From the IMG/VR virus record IMGVR_UViG_3300035491_000144, positions 1 to 37,896 of that record: a DNA stretch of 37,896 nt; one strand, given 5' to 3'. Position numbers and translations under genes: made by a program. Below, piece after piece: positions 7,201 through 15,078 of this stretch (positions are counted from its first letter, which is position 1; every line of letters starts with the position of its first letter). The notes below the pieces were generated by a model, which saw only the letters and a program-made list of their open reading frames with translations, did not search any database and was not told where the DNA came from. The stretch comes from a virus (lineage: Duplodnaviria > Caudoviricetes).

Positions 7201-8034
7201 TCAGTTGGTGAGAGCAGTTTTGGCCATCGGTACGTGGCGCCAGGCCATTTCCCATACCTCGGAGTGGGCCAGGTGGATGGCCTCGGCTGGGACTTGGAAG
7301 AGGTCAAGCAGCAGGTCGAGCAGGGCGAGCAACTGCGCATGGTTGCGGTCGATGCCAGCGGGGAGGCGTTGCTCTGTGTCTTCTTGCAGGCTGTCGATGT
7401 AGCGGCCTACGCCGCCAAGGCGGTACGCGAGCTGCTCGCGGTTGGCCTTGATGGTTGCCACGAATTTGGCCATGTCTGCGATCTGCAGCTCGTGCAGTGC
7501 CTCGATTGCATCGCGGCCCTCGGCGGTGTGTCGCTGTAGCGGCAGGTGGACGTTGACGATGCGGCTATTCAGCACCTCGGTTTCGCCGCCGACGAATGCC
7601 AGTGCACCTCCGAAGCGCGCGCCCTCGATGGCCTCGGTTCCGATATGTCGAACGATAGCGCCACCGGTGTAGCACTCGCGCAGGGCGTTCCAGTCGAAGC
7701 GCTCATCACCGTCACGGCTTTCCTCAAGCACTACCGGGCGGTTGACGGTGCGCACCAAGATGGCCAGCAGCGCGCCCATGCTGCAGGTGTCGGCATAAAG
7801 GTTCTCGTTGCCCTCACTGGAGCCCGACATCTTCCACAGATTCGCCACCAGCGTGGACTTGCCCACGCCGGCGCCGCCGGTGATTTGCAGGATGGGGTAG
7901 GTGGCTTGCAGTTCGCGGATGCGCTGGGCGTGGAAGGCGCCGGCCCACCAGGCCAGGGCGATCAGCCCTTGGGTGCCGAATGCGGTGATGAACAGGTCGA
8001 GCCATTTCGGGGTTTGGTTGCTGTTGGTTTGCAT
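7201..8034 (-). CDS. P-loop ATPase, paralog of the helicase domain of the upstream primase-helicase (277 aa)
   Basis: Walker A GGAGVGKST; colinear similarity to the 8231-11083 product. Confidence 0.8.
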   Translation of the reverse strand: MQTNSNQTPKWLDLFITAFGTQGLIALAWWAGAFHAQRIRELQATYPILQITGGAGVGKSTLVANLWKMSGSSEGNENLYADTCSMGALLAILVRTVNRPVVLEESRDGDERFDWNALRECYTGGAIVRHIGTEAIEGARFGGALAFVGGETEVLNSRIVNVHLPLQRHTAEGRDAIEALHELQIADMAKFVATIKANREQLAYRLGGVGRYIDSLQEDTEQRLPAGIDRNHAQLLALLDLLLDLFQVPAEAIHLAHSEVWEMAWRHVPMAKTALTN

Positions 8035-8082
8035 GGTGGTTCTCCTTCGGGGTGGGTTGCCCAGGCGTTGCCGCGCCTTGGC
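8031..8082 (-). repeat. Hairpin(CGGCAA loop)+RBS element, copy 4
   Basis: 21-nt block 8031-8051; stem 8059-8067/8074-8082 with one mismatch. Confidence 0.9.
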
Positions 8083-8089
8083 GGTTGGG

Positions 8090-8212
8090 TTAGCGGATTG
8101 CGGCCTGCAGGGCGTCAGGGACGAGGCTGCAGAGGGTGAACAGGAACGCGAGCACAAGGGCGCCGCCGATCAGCGTCAGGACTTTGTCCAAGGGGCTTTC
8201 GTTGTCTGGCAT
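8090..8212 (-). CDS. Small single-pass membrane protein (40 aa), not in the ORF track
   Basis: MPDNESPLDKVLTLIGGALVLAFLFTLCSLVPDALQAAIR*, starts at repeat RBS copy 5 and ends just before the copy 4 hairpin. Confidence 0.75.
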   Translation of the reverse strand: MPDNESPLDKVLTLIGGALVLAFLFTLCSLVPDALQAAIR

Positions 8213-8254
8213 GGTGGTTCTCCTTCGGGGTTAAGCCGGCTTTGCCGAGCCGGC
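8209..8254 (-). repeat. Hairpin(CGGCAA loop)+RBS element, copy 5
   Basis: 21-nt block 8209-8229; stem 8235-8241/8248-8254 lies inside the last codons of the primase-helicase gene. Confidence 0.88.
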
Positions 8255-11083
8255 GGTGGGGTTCTGCTGGAAGATCCAGCACTTCACGGTGGGGGACTTG
8301 AAGACGGTGAGGTTGTTGCGCTTGGCCTGGTGTTTGCGCACGGCGCTGGCCACGGCGACGTTGGCGTCGATGAACTTGCGGGAGCGGCTTTCCTTGAGCA
8401 GGTCGCGCAGTACGTTGATGTCCGGCAACTTCTGCTTGTGCTCCTGGGCACGCTCGTAGAAGTCGTTGAGGTTGATGGCGATTTCGCCGGTTTCCGGCTT
8501 GTTGCTGTGGTTGACCACCGGACCTTCGCCGTCCAGCCCTTCCAGAAAGTCGAACACTTCCCAGAACTCGGCCACGTGCTGGTGATCGGCGCTGATCGAG
8601 GCCTGGCGCTCCAGGGCCATGGTGATGATCTGCCGTTGCGTGGCGCTCACCTGGGCGTCGCTGACGGGCACCACCTGGCGCAGGCAGTCGAGCAGGCTGA
8701 GCAGCATTGCGTGGTTCTTGCTGATGCGCTCAACGCGGATGTAGCCGCGCAGGGTGTTGCCGCAGCTGGGGCAGGCGTGCTTTTCGTTGGCGGTGGCGTA
8801 GGGCGTTTCGCACTGCCAGCAGTGGGTGTGCAGGCGACGCAGGCGCGCTTCATAGCCGGGGAAGCGCTCGGCGAAGGCATCGAGCACGCCGGCTTCGGCC
8901 TTGATGGCCAGCAGCAGGAAGTGGCTGAGGGTGTCGCCGTCCAGGGCGTTGAGTTTGTCCGCTGCGGCGCGGCTCTCGGGCGTGACCTGGGGGCGCACGA
9001 AATGCAGTTTGCAGATGCGCGTCATGATCGCCTCATGCGCCACTACCGCCGCGTTCTGGCTGATGGCGATGGTGCCGCGAAAGGGCGGCTCATACGTCTC
9101 GTTGCCCGCCGTCTTCACGCCCTTGGTGGCCAGTGTGCCGCCGCCGAAGAAGTCTTTCAGCTCGTCCCACTCGAAGGTCTTGGCGTGGGGCTTGTCGTCG
9201 CTGTGGCGGTCGGCCTCCAGATACACCACCGGCATGCCGGCCACCTGGCCCATGAGGCGCGAACGGCCTGCCTTGGTGGACTTCATCGGGTCGAAGCCTT
9301 CATAGCCGGCACGGCCTAGCAGCTTCCACAGCAAGTTGAGCAGGGTGGTTTTGCCGGCGCCGGCCTCGCCGGTCGCCTCCAGGAAGGGGAAGGACTGCCA
9401 GCGCGCGCGGATCTGCTCGCAAAACAGCGAGCCGAAGAACCACACCAGGGCCACCGTGCCCTGGGCGCCGAAGCACGTCCAGAGCAGCTTGAACCATTCG
9501 CTGCTGTAGGCCTTGGCATCGCGGCTGGGGCGGATGGTGACGCCCTTTTGCAGCGTTTTGATGCGTAGCTTGCCGAACTCGAAGTAGTCCTCGGCGTTGG
9601 CCTCGTAGACCTGGCCGTCTTTCACGGCGATATCGCCAAACACATAGCAGCCGTGGTCGCGGCTGTAGCCCACGAAGTCGATGGTCTCGACGGTTTTGAT
9701 GCCGTAGGTCTGCAGCTTCATGATCTTTTCGAGCTGCTGGCCGGTACCGGTGAACATGGCGCCGGCGGCCATGCCCAACAGGCGCTTCTTGAACTCGCTG
9801 GCGGCGGCGATGTGGGTGGCGGTGAAGGTGTTCTTCACGCTCGGCGCGCCGTGGGGGAAGTCGACGCGCAGGTAGTACCAGGATTCGTCGGTGATTTCGT
9901 TGCGCTGGAAGTACAGCGCTTCGAAGTAGCAGTTGGCGATTTCAGTGACGTTGCCGCTCAGGCGCAGGGCTTTTTCACGGATCTGCTTGTTGTTCAGCTC
10001 GCGGTCGGCGCCTTCGTCGTCGCCCTCGATCGCCTGGATGGCCTTGTTGTATTTGTCCAGGTCGAGCGACCACCAGTAGAGGCGGTTGTCGAAACGGTAG
10101 TGGAACTCCTTCCATTCTTTGCGCTGGTAGATCAGCAAGCCCTTCTCGCTGGCGTTCTCGGCGGTCAGCAGAGCGCCCTGGTAGCGGGCTTCGTCGAGGT
10201 CTGCCGCGATACGTGCAGCGCGTTGCTCGGCGTCGTCGATGAACTGCCAGCGCTGGTGCAGGTCGTTCCAGTCGACCTTTCTGCCGTTCTGCGGGATGAC
10301 GGCTGCCGAGCAGGTGAAGCCCAGGGCTTGGGCCTCTTTCGCCCAGCGGCGCATGTTGGCCTTGGCCACCGGCTCGTTATCGAGCGCCCACACCAGGCGC
10401 GGGAGGGGTTTGTCCGCTTCTTGGCAGGCTGCTTTGAGCGCCTTGAGGGCTTCGCCAGGAAAGGGCGCGCTGCTCATCATGGAGGCGGCGGCGTGCTCGT
10501 GATGCTCCAGGGCGATGGCGTCGAAGATGCCCTCGACGATCCACAGCTCGGGCACGGTGGTCAGGTCGCGCCCGGGCAGCGTCCACAGCTTGCCCTTGTA
10601 GCTGTAGCCCGGCTTGAAGCGCGCCTTCTGCTGGCCGAAGCGCTCGGGGCGGTCGATCAGGCGTTCCCAGTAGCCGCCGTCTGGCATTTCGAAACGCACG
10701 GTGGCGCTGCCGATGCCGAGGTCACGACTCCAGTAGCTTTCCTGGGTGAACACGCCGGCGAGCAGCTCCAGGCGGAAGCCGCGTGCCATTTCCAGATACG
10801 CCCGCGCCGTGGCGGTGGGGTTCTCCGGGGTCGACGGCGCCTGTTTGCTCCAGTCGTTGAACAGATCGTCGTACAGGTCTTTGACGTGGATGCGGTGGTC
10901 GCATTTTTCCGGGCGACCACAGACCAGCATCCAGGGGGCATAGGGATAGGTGTACAGGGTCTTCTGGCCGCAACTGGGGCATTTGCCCTTGCGCATGACT
11001 TTGCCGTCGGTACGCGGGAAGTCGAAGTCGCGCTTGAGGCGGCTGAGCACTTCAAGGCGCAGGGATTCTTTCATGGGGGTCAT
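8231..11083 (-). CDS. Replication protein: Zn finger + TOPRIM primase + helicase ATPase (950 aa)
   Basis: CPSCGQK...CGRPEKC Zn finger, LWIVEGIFDAIAL and WALDNE TOPRIM motifs, Walker A GEAGAGKTT; ATGA-coupled start. Confidence 0.9.
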   Translation of the reverse strand: MTPMKESLRLEVLSRLKRDFDFPRTDGKVMRKGKCPSCGQKTLYTYPYAPWMLVCGRPEKCDHRIHVKDLYDDLFNDWSKQAPSTPENPTATARAYLEMARGFRLELLAGVFTQESYWSRDLGIGSATVRFEMPDGGYWERLIDRPERFGQQKARFKPGYSYKGKLWTLPGRDLTTVPELWIVEGIFDAIALEHHEHAAASMMSSAPFPGEALKALKAACQEADKPLPRLVWALDNEPVAKANMRRWAKEAQALGFTCSAAVIPQNGRKVDWNDLHQRWQFIDDAEQRAARIAADLDEARYQGALLTAENASEKGLLIYQRKEWKEFHYRFDNRLYWWSLDLDKYNKAIQAIEGDDEGADRELNNKQIREKALRLSGNVTEIANCYFEALYFQRNEITDESWYYLRVDFPHGAPSVKNTFTATHIAAASEFKKRLLGMAAGAMFTGTGQQLEKIMKLQTYGIKTVETIDFVGYSRDHGCYVFGDIAVKDGQVYEANAEDYFEFGKLRIKTLQKGVTIRPSRDAKAYSSEWFKLLWTCFGAQGTVALVWFFGSLFCEQIRARWQSFPFLEATGEAGAGKTTLLNLLWKLLGRAGYEGFDPMKSTKAGRSRLMGQVAGMPVVYLEADRHSDDKPHAKTFEWDELKDFFGGGTLATKGVKTAGNETYEPPFRGTIAISQNAAVVAHEAIMTRICKLHFVRPQVTPESRAAADKLNALDGDTLSHFLLLAIKAEAGVLDAFAERFPGYEARLRRLHTHCWQCETPYATANEKHACPSCGNTLRGYIRVERISKNHAMLLSLLDCLRQVVPVSDAQVSATQRQIITMALERQASISADHQHVAEFWEVFDFLEGLDGEGPVVNHSNKPETGEIAINLNDFYERAQEHKQKLPDINVLRDLLKESRSRKFIDANVAVASAVRKHQAKRNNLTVFKSPTVKCWIFQQNPTAGSAKPA

Positions 11084-11385
11084 ACGGCGGCACCGTCGAC
11101 ATAGGCGAGCAGTTCGTCGTACATGCCCCGCTGCTGTTCGAGGGTGATGACGCCCATTTCGTGATAAGCGAACAGCATGCCGGTGAGGCGAGCCATTACG
11201 TGGTGGCTGTTGTTGTGGTTGGTGGAGGTAAGCAAATCGTTCAGCCAACTGGCGAAGGCGTGGCGTTTCGGATCGGCTGCCAATGCCTGGCAAATGAGAA
11301 GGCGAGGCATCGGTCGGTGCATGTGGATATCTTTCATAGGCACTTCGATAAAGCGCTGATCAAACGGAGCTAGTGTCGTCTTCAT
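11080..11385 (-). CDS. Hypothetical protein (about 101 aa), lower GC
   Basis: Fills the operon gap and is coupled to the rep gene; start uncertain (11385 or 11337). Confidence 0.55.
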   Translation of the reverse strand: MKTTLAPFDQRFIEVPMKDIHMHRPMPRLLICQALAADPKRHAFASWLNDLLTSTNHNNSHHVMARLTGMLFAYHEMGVITLEQQRGMYDELLAYVDGAAV

Positions 11386-11395
11386 ATCTGAGGCC

Positions 11396-11629
11396 TTACT
11401 GGGCGGCTGTGAGCGCGGCTTGCAGCGCGCCGATGGTGCGTTTGTGGCCGGCAAGGGCCGGGTAGTCGGTGAGGATGCGAGCCGTGCGCAGGCCAGCCGG
11501 CACCGTGCGGTAGCGGTCGGCGTACCAATGCAGCTGCAGGCCCTGGCGCAGTTCCTCGCGCAGGCTGGTAAGCAGCGCCTCGGCCACTGGCTTGGGCATT
11601 TGCAACTGGATCTCGACGGCGTCTGGCAT
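11396..11629 (-). CDS. Hypothetical phage protein (77 aa)
   Basis: GAGGT RBS before MPDAVEIQ. Confidence 0.7.
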   Translation of the reverse strand: MPDAVEIQLQMPKPVAEALLTSLREELRQGLQLHWYADRYRTVPAGLRTARILTDYPALAGHKRTIGALQAALTAAQ

Positions 11630-11702
11630 GGCGCAAACCTCGAATGCTGGGTGTAGCTCCCCCTTACCCACGCGAGGCGGGCAGGGGTTGGGCGGTGCTG
11701 GG

Positions 11703-11981
11703 TTAGGTGAAGTGGTGGTGGCCGGGGCTATCCGGCCCGCTGGCCAGGTCGATGCCCAGCCAGACCTTCTGGTAGGGCTGCAGCTCGGTGATGGCCAGCT
11801 CGACCAGGCGCGGCGCCATGAAGAGCGGCACGTCGAGTTGATGCACCAGGTGGCAGGTGGTGCGCTCGATCAGTTGCGCGTCGTCGGCCAGGTGCTCGGC
11901 CTGGTGCGCCTGCAGGTAGCTGAGCGCCTGGGCCTGCATCTGGCTGCGGTAGTCATCCGGCAATGGCAGTTCGGCGTTCAT
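11703..11981 (-). CDS. Hypothetical phage protein (92 aa, MNAELPLPDD...)
   Basis: GGAGG RBS; ATGA overlap with ogr. Confidence 0.7.
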   Translation of the reverse strand: MNAELPLPDDYRSQMQAQALSYLQAHQAEHLADDAQLIERTTCHLVHQLDVPLFMAPRLVELAITELQPYQKVWLGIDLASGPDSPGHHHFT

Positions 11982-12286
11982 GCGGTGGCCTCCTGGGCGT
12001 CGAGCATGTCGAGCTGGTTGGTGGCGGGGCGGCTGTCGCGCTGGGCCTGCTTGCGCTGCGCCGAGGGGGCGACGGGCAGCACTACGCGGGGGCTGTCGAT
12101 GCCGGACGGCACCAGGGCGTAATCCCAGGAGAGCGAACCGATGATGCTGTGGCTGCAGGCCATGTTGGTGCACTGGGCATACATGGTCTTGAAGGTGGGC
12201 GTTTGCTCTTTGCTGTCCTTGATGCGCATGGGGCTGGAACAGGCCGGGCATTTGACGCGGTAGCCGCCGCCGGTGGGTGCTGTCAT
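11978..12286 (-). CDS. ogr: Ogr/Delta-family Zn-finger late transcription activator
   Basis: CPAC...YAQCTNMACSH, the C-x2-C-x22-C-x4-C pattern. Confidence 0.9.
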   Translation of the reverse strand: MTAPTGGGYRVKCPACSSPMRIKDSKEQTPTFKTMYAQCTNMACSHSIIGSLSWDYALVPSGIDSPRVVLPVAPSAQRKQAQRDSRPATNQLDMLDAQEATA

Positions 12287-12762
12287 GGCTTGGGCTCCTG
12301 GCGTTTGCTGTGCAGGGCGAGAATGGCGCCAACTTCGGCGTGGCGCGCGGCGATGTGCTGGCGGTGGGCGGTGATGATGCTGGCCAGCTCGGCTTCGTCG
12401 ATCTGCCCGTCTTCCAGGGTCTTGAGGATCATCGCGTCGACCGTGCCGCGCTTGACCGCCGTGCCCATGGCACGGGCCAGCAGGTCGATGTTGTCCGTAT
12501 CGGCCGGCTCGGGCATGGCGACAAACACGCCGTTGTAGAGGCCGGTGAGGTAGTCGGGCAGGTAGGTGGTGCCGGCGACCTTCTCCAGCTGCAGCACTTG
12601 CTCGTCCGTCAGCGGGCGGTGGCCGGGGTTCTCATACAGCTTGTTGTCGAGCTGCTTTAGATCCAGCCCCAGGCAGGTGGCGGCGCATTCGCGGCCACCT
12701 GGGAAGGAGGCAACCACTGCCAGCACGGCGCGGCGGCGGCTATCAAGAATCGGGCGCTTCAT
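12283..12762 (-). CDS. CII/YmfL-like phage regulatory protein (159 aa)
   Basis: N-terminal HTH-like segment, C-terminal LEDGQIDEAE motif, position after the Cro-like gene. Confidence 0.75.
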   Translation of the reverse strand: MKRPILDSRRRAVLAVVASFPGGRECAATCLGLDLKQLDNKLYENPGHRPLTDEQVLQLEKVAGTTYLPDYLTGLYNGVFVAMPEPADTDNIDLLARAMGTAVKRGTVDAMILKTLEDGQIDEAELASIITAHRQHIAARHAEVGAILALHSKRQEPKP

Positions 12763-12791
12763 CTTCTCGTTTCCCCCATTGGCCGGGCGCA

Positions 12792-13004
12792 CTACTGTGC
12801 GACCGTGCCTTCCTTGATACCGAGCAGCACAGCAGCTCGGTGGGCTTCGCCGCGCAAGCACTTTTTCTGCCCGTTGAGCACGGCGTAGACGGTGGATTCG
12901 TGAATCTCATGCTGAGCAGCGAACGCGCGGACGGTTATTCCTTGTTGTTCAAGGCGCTTGCGCGCTGCTTTGCAGGCTTGCTCAGGGGCGTAGGTGTCGG
13001 CCAT
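12792..13004 (-). CDS. Cro/Cox-like DNA-binding protein (BcepMu gp16-like HTH)
   Basis: GITVRAFA...VYAVLNGQKKCLRGEAHRAAVLLGIK; divergent from the repressor. Confidence 0.85.
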   Translation of the reverse strand: MADTYAPEQACKAARKRLEQQGITVRAFAAQHEIHESTVYAVLNGQKKCLRGEAHRAAVLLGIKEGTVAQ

Positions 13005-13041
13005 AGTTCACAAACGTGTGATTAAGAGTGAATGTAGGTGA

Positions 13042-13070
13042 AGATTATTCAACGAATGTTGAATCGTCAA
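13042..13070 (-). promoter_or_regulatory. Early lytic sigma70 promoter with an operator palindrome in its spacer
   Basis: Minus strand TTGACG-N17-TAATCT; palindrome ATTCAAC-N4-GTTGAAT at 13047-13064; second palindrome TCACA-N4-TGTGA at 13008-13021. Confidence 0.7.
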
Positions 13071-13086
13071 GCCTTGAGGTGTCGTT

Positions 13087-13431
13087 TTGTTGAATATCGG
13101 CGAAAGGCTGAAGGAAGAGCGTGTCCGCTTGGGTTACAACCAAGGGGATTTCGCTGCTATTGCCGGCGTGGCGAAGACCTCGCAGTTCAATTACGAGAAG
13201 GGTGAGCGAAGCCCGGACGCTGCCTATCTGGCTGCGGTGGCAGAGAAGGGCGTCGACGTGCTGTACGTCGTTACCGGCCGGCGTACCCCAGAGGCCTCCA
13301 GCAGCTTCAACGGTGACGAGATCGACCTCGTCGAGCATTACCGCCAGTTGCCCGATGGTGACCGGCATTACACGCACAAGATGGTGAATGTCCTGGCCGA
13401 AGCGGCTGGGCGGTATGACGTGAAAAAGTAA
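13087..13431 (+). CDS. Immunity repressor (XRE HTH, no S24 peptidase domain)
   Basis: IGERLKEERVRLGYNQGDFA...NYEKGERSPDA..GVDVLYVVTG; divergent from the Cro-like gene; TTG start uncertain. Confidence 0.9.
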   Translation: MLNIGERLKEERVRLGYNQGDFAAIAGVAKTSQFNYEKGERSPDAAYLAAVAEKGVDVLYVVTGRRTPEASSSFNGDEIDLVEHYRQLPDGDRHYTHKMVNVLAEAAGRYDVKK

Positions 13432-13448
13432 GCACAAGGGGAAAACAC

Positions 13449-13886
13449 ATGGATGCGTTGAGAACGCTGGGGCTCACTTTAGCCCTGCTGGCCGGCGTTG
13501 CTGGCTGCTCTGAGGGAGAAAGTCAGGAGGATAAGTTGGCCCGTGCCAGCACGCTGAGCGAAGTCGCTGAGGTGGTCGCCAGGCAAGCACCTGCTGAGGC
13601 TTACACAATTGAGGCTACCAAGTACCTGGCGGTTGTCTTCGAGAGCACCAACGTCACCCGCGACTATCATTTGATGACTGCAAAGAACCTGATGCCGGTG
13701 CTACTGCAGCGTTACCCCGAGATAGATCGATTTTTCTTGGCTTGGGCCCAAGACGGCAAACATTTCTTGAAGATCCAGTTCGAGCGTGGCGACGTTGAAG
13801 GCGTGCGCTGGGATTCACTGATGATCAAGGACGCCGAACTGCAGCAGCTTTCGTCGATGTACTGGACGATTCCGGCACTACGGTAA
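13449..13886 (+). CDS. Lipoprotein (moron)
   Basis: Signal peptide with lipobox VAGC; co-oriented with the repressor. Confidence 0.8.
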   Translation: MDALRTLGLTLALLAGVAGCSEGESQEDKLARASTLSEVAEVVARQAPAEAYTIEATKYLAVVFESTNVTRDYHLMTAKNLMPVLLQRYPEIDRFFLAWAQDGKHFLKIQFERGDVEGVRWDSLMIKDAELQQLSSMYWTIPALR

Positions 13887-13895
13887 TCATCAACA

Positions 13896-14207
13896 ATGAG
13901 ACTTCTCGCCATTCTGCTGCTCGTCTTCGGCCTGGCCCAGTTGAGCCAGGCCGCTAACTATCCATGCTCAGGCAAGAAGGGCGGCGTAGCGCGTTGCGAC
14001 GGTGAGCTGTGGGTATGCAATGACGGCTCGATCAGCGGCAGCAAGCGCAACTGCAGCGCCGTTTATGGTGGCAGTTCTACGCCGCTGCGCGCCACGGGCA
14101 ATGCGCCCAGTGAATGCCCGTGTGGTACGGGCACGCTCTGTACCGGGCCGCGTGGCGGGCAGTACTGCATCACGACGAGCGGGAACAAGAGTTATCGAAA
14201 AAAGTAG
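13896..14207 (+). CDS. Secreted Cys-rich YdcA-like protein with a TGPRGG C-terminal module
   Basis: Signal peptide; PCSGKKGGVARC...CNDGSISGSKRNC; CPCG...CTGPRGGQYC. Confidence 0.75.
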   Translation: MRLLAILLLVFGLAQLSQAANYPCSGKKGGVARCDGELWVCNDGSISGSKRNCSAVYGGSSTPLRATGNAPSECPCGTGTLCTGPRGGQYCITTSGNKSYRKK

Positions 14208-14285
14208 CCAGTTTGCCCGATGGTGAACGAGGGGCTACGGTTAAACGTGCTAGGACAGCACCACCCCACGAAAAGGAGTTCGACC

Positions 14286-14771
14286 ATGCCCATTCTTCGC
14301 TACCTCTCCGTTGCCCTCGCTTCTGCCCTGGTGGCCGCTTATGTGGCCATCTGGATCGCCGGCCCCGCGCCGCTGGAGCGCACCGCCACCATTCCCCCGC
14401 TGCGCATCGCCCAGGGTGACAACCTGATCATCTGGGGCGGTTGGCGCACGCTTGAGGGCTATGCCTACGGCAGCGCCAACGGCGTGGAGATCATCTGCAA
14501 CCGTGCGCGGCAGACCTGCATGGAGGCGTATGCCTCGCTGTTGTTCCACACCGAAGGACAGGATCTGGAAGCACAGGCGTTCGACTATGAGGTGACCGCC
14601 TGGGATGACCAGCACCTGCAGGCCATCGACACGGACGGCATGGGCGAATGCCTGCACCGCATTTTGAACGTCGACCTGGTGGGCGAGGGCGCCACGCTGG
14701 AGTGGCGCCCCGGTGACGGCAAATGCGAGGGCGACACCGGCAAGGCGGTGCTGGTGGGCGATCCGCTGTAA
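14286..14771 (+). CDS. Membrane-anchored periplasmic protein (161 aa)
   Basis: AAGGAG RBS, N-terminal TM helix, four Cys. Confidence 0.75.
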   Translation: MPILRYLSVALASALVAAYVAIWIAGPAPLERTATIPPLRIAQGDNLIIWGGWRTLEGYAYGSANGVEIICNRARQTCMEAYASLLFHTEGQDLEAQAFDYEVTAWDDQHLQAIDTDGMGECLHRILNVDLVGEGATLEWRPGDGKCEGDTGKAVLVGDPL

Positions 14772-14849
14772 GGGGGCGGGCCAGCGCCCTTGGGATTCTG
14801 AACGCCGCCGTTATGGTCGGGACTCAACTGCCATTAACGGAGTATGCAG

Positions 14850-15038
14850 ATGAGTATCGATGTGAACGCGGCTGTAGGGGAGCAACTGGCGGAGCGGGTT
14901 GCACAGCCGGAACGGGAGTGGGTGACGCCAGAGGAGCGGCTGCTGCTGCGGTTTTACCGCCAGCTTGACCAGGGCGAACAGGCGTTTATGCGCCGCGCGA
15001 TCGAGGCGCTGGCGACGCGCCGAGATTCGCCCAGGTGA
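14850..15038 (+). CDS. Small protein resembling the repressor C-terminal region (62 aa)
   Basis: GGAG RBS; EERLLLRFYRQL...RRAIEALA versus repressor DEIDLVEHYRQL...HKMVNVLA. Confidence 0.7.
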   Translation: MSIDVNAAVGEQLAERVAQPEREWVTPEERLLLRFYRQLDQGEQAFMRRAIEALATRRDSPR

Positions 15039-15044
15039 ATGAAG

Positions 15045-15070
15045 AAGCCCCGCTCAGTGCGGGGCTTTTT
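15045..15070 (+). terminator. Intrinsic terminator (probably bidirectional)
   Basis: AAGCCCCGC-TCAGT-GCGGGGCTT-TTT between convergent genes. Confidence 0.85.
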
Positions 15071-15078
15071 GTTGAGGC

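Noticed and set aside
4956-8254. CRISPR array or integron attC interpretation of the five repeats
   Set aside because: The intervals are whole genes of very different lengths, there are no cas genes, and I saw no RYYYAAC/GTTRRRY attC ends or IntI-type integrase.
7901-11104. Long plus-strand ORFs (472 and 483 aa), and similar ones at 19875-22127 and 32079-33479
   Set aside because: Antisense shadows of GC-rich genes with no RBS or family motifs.
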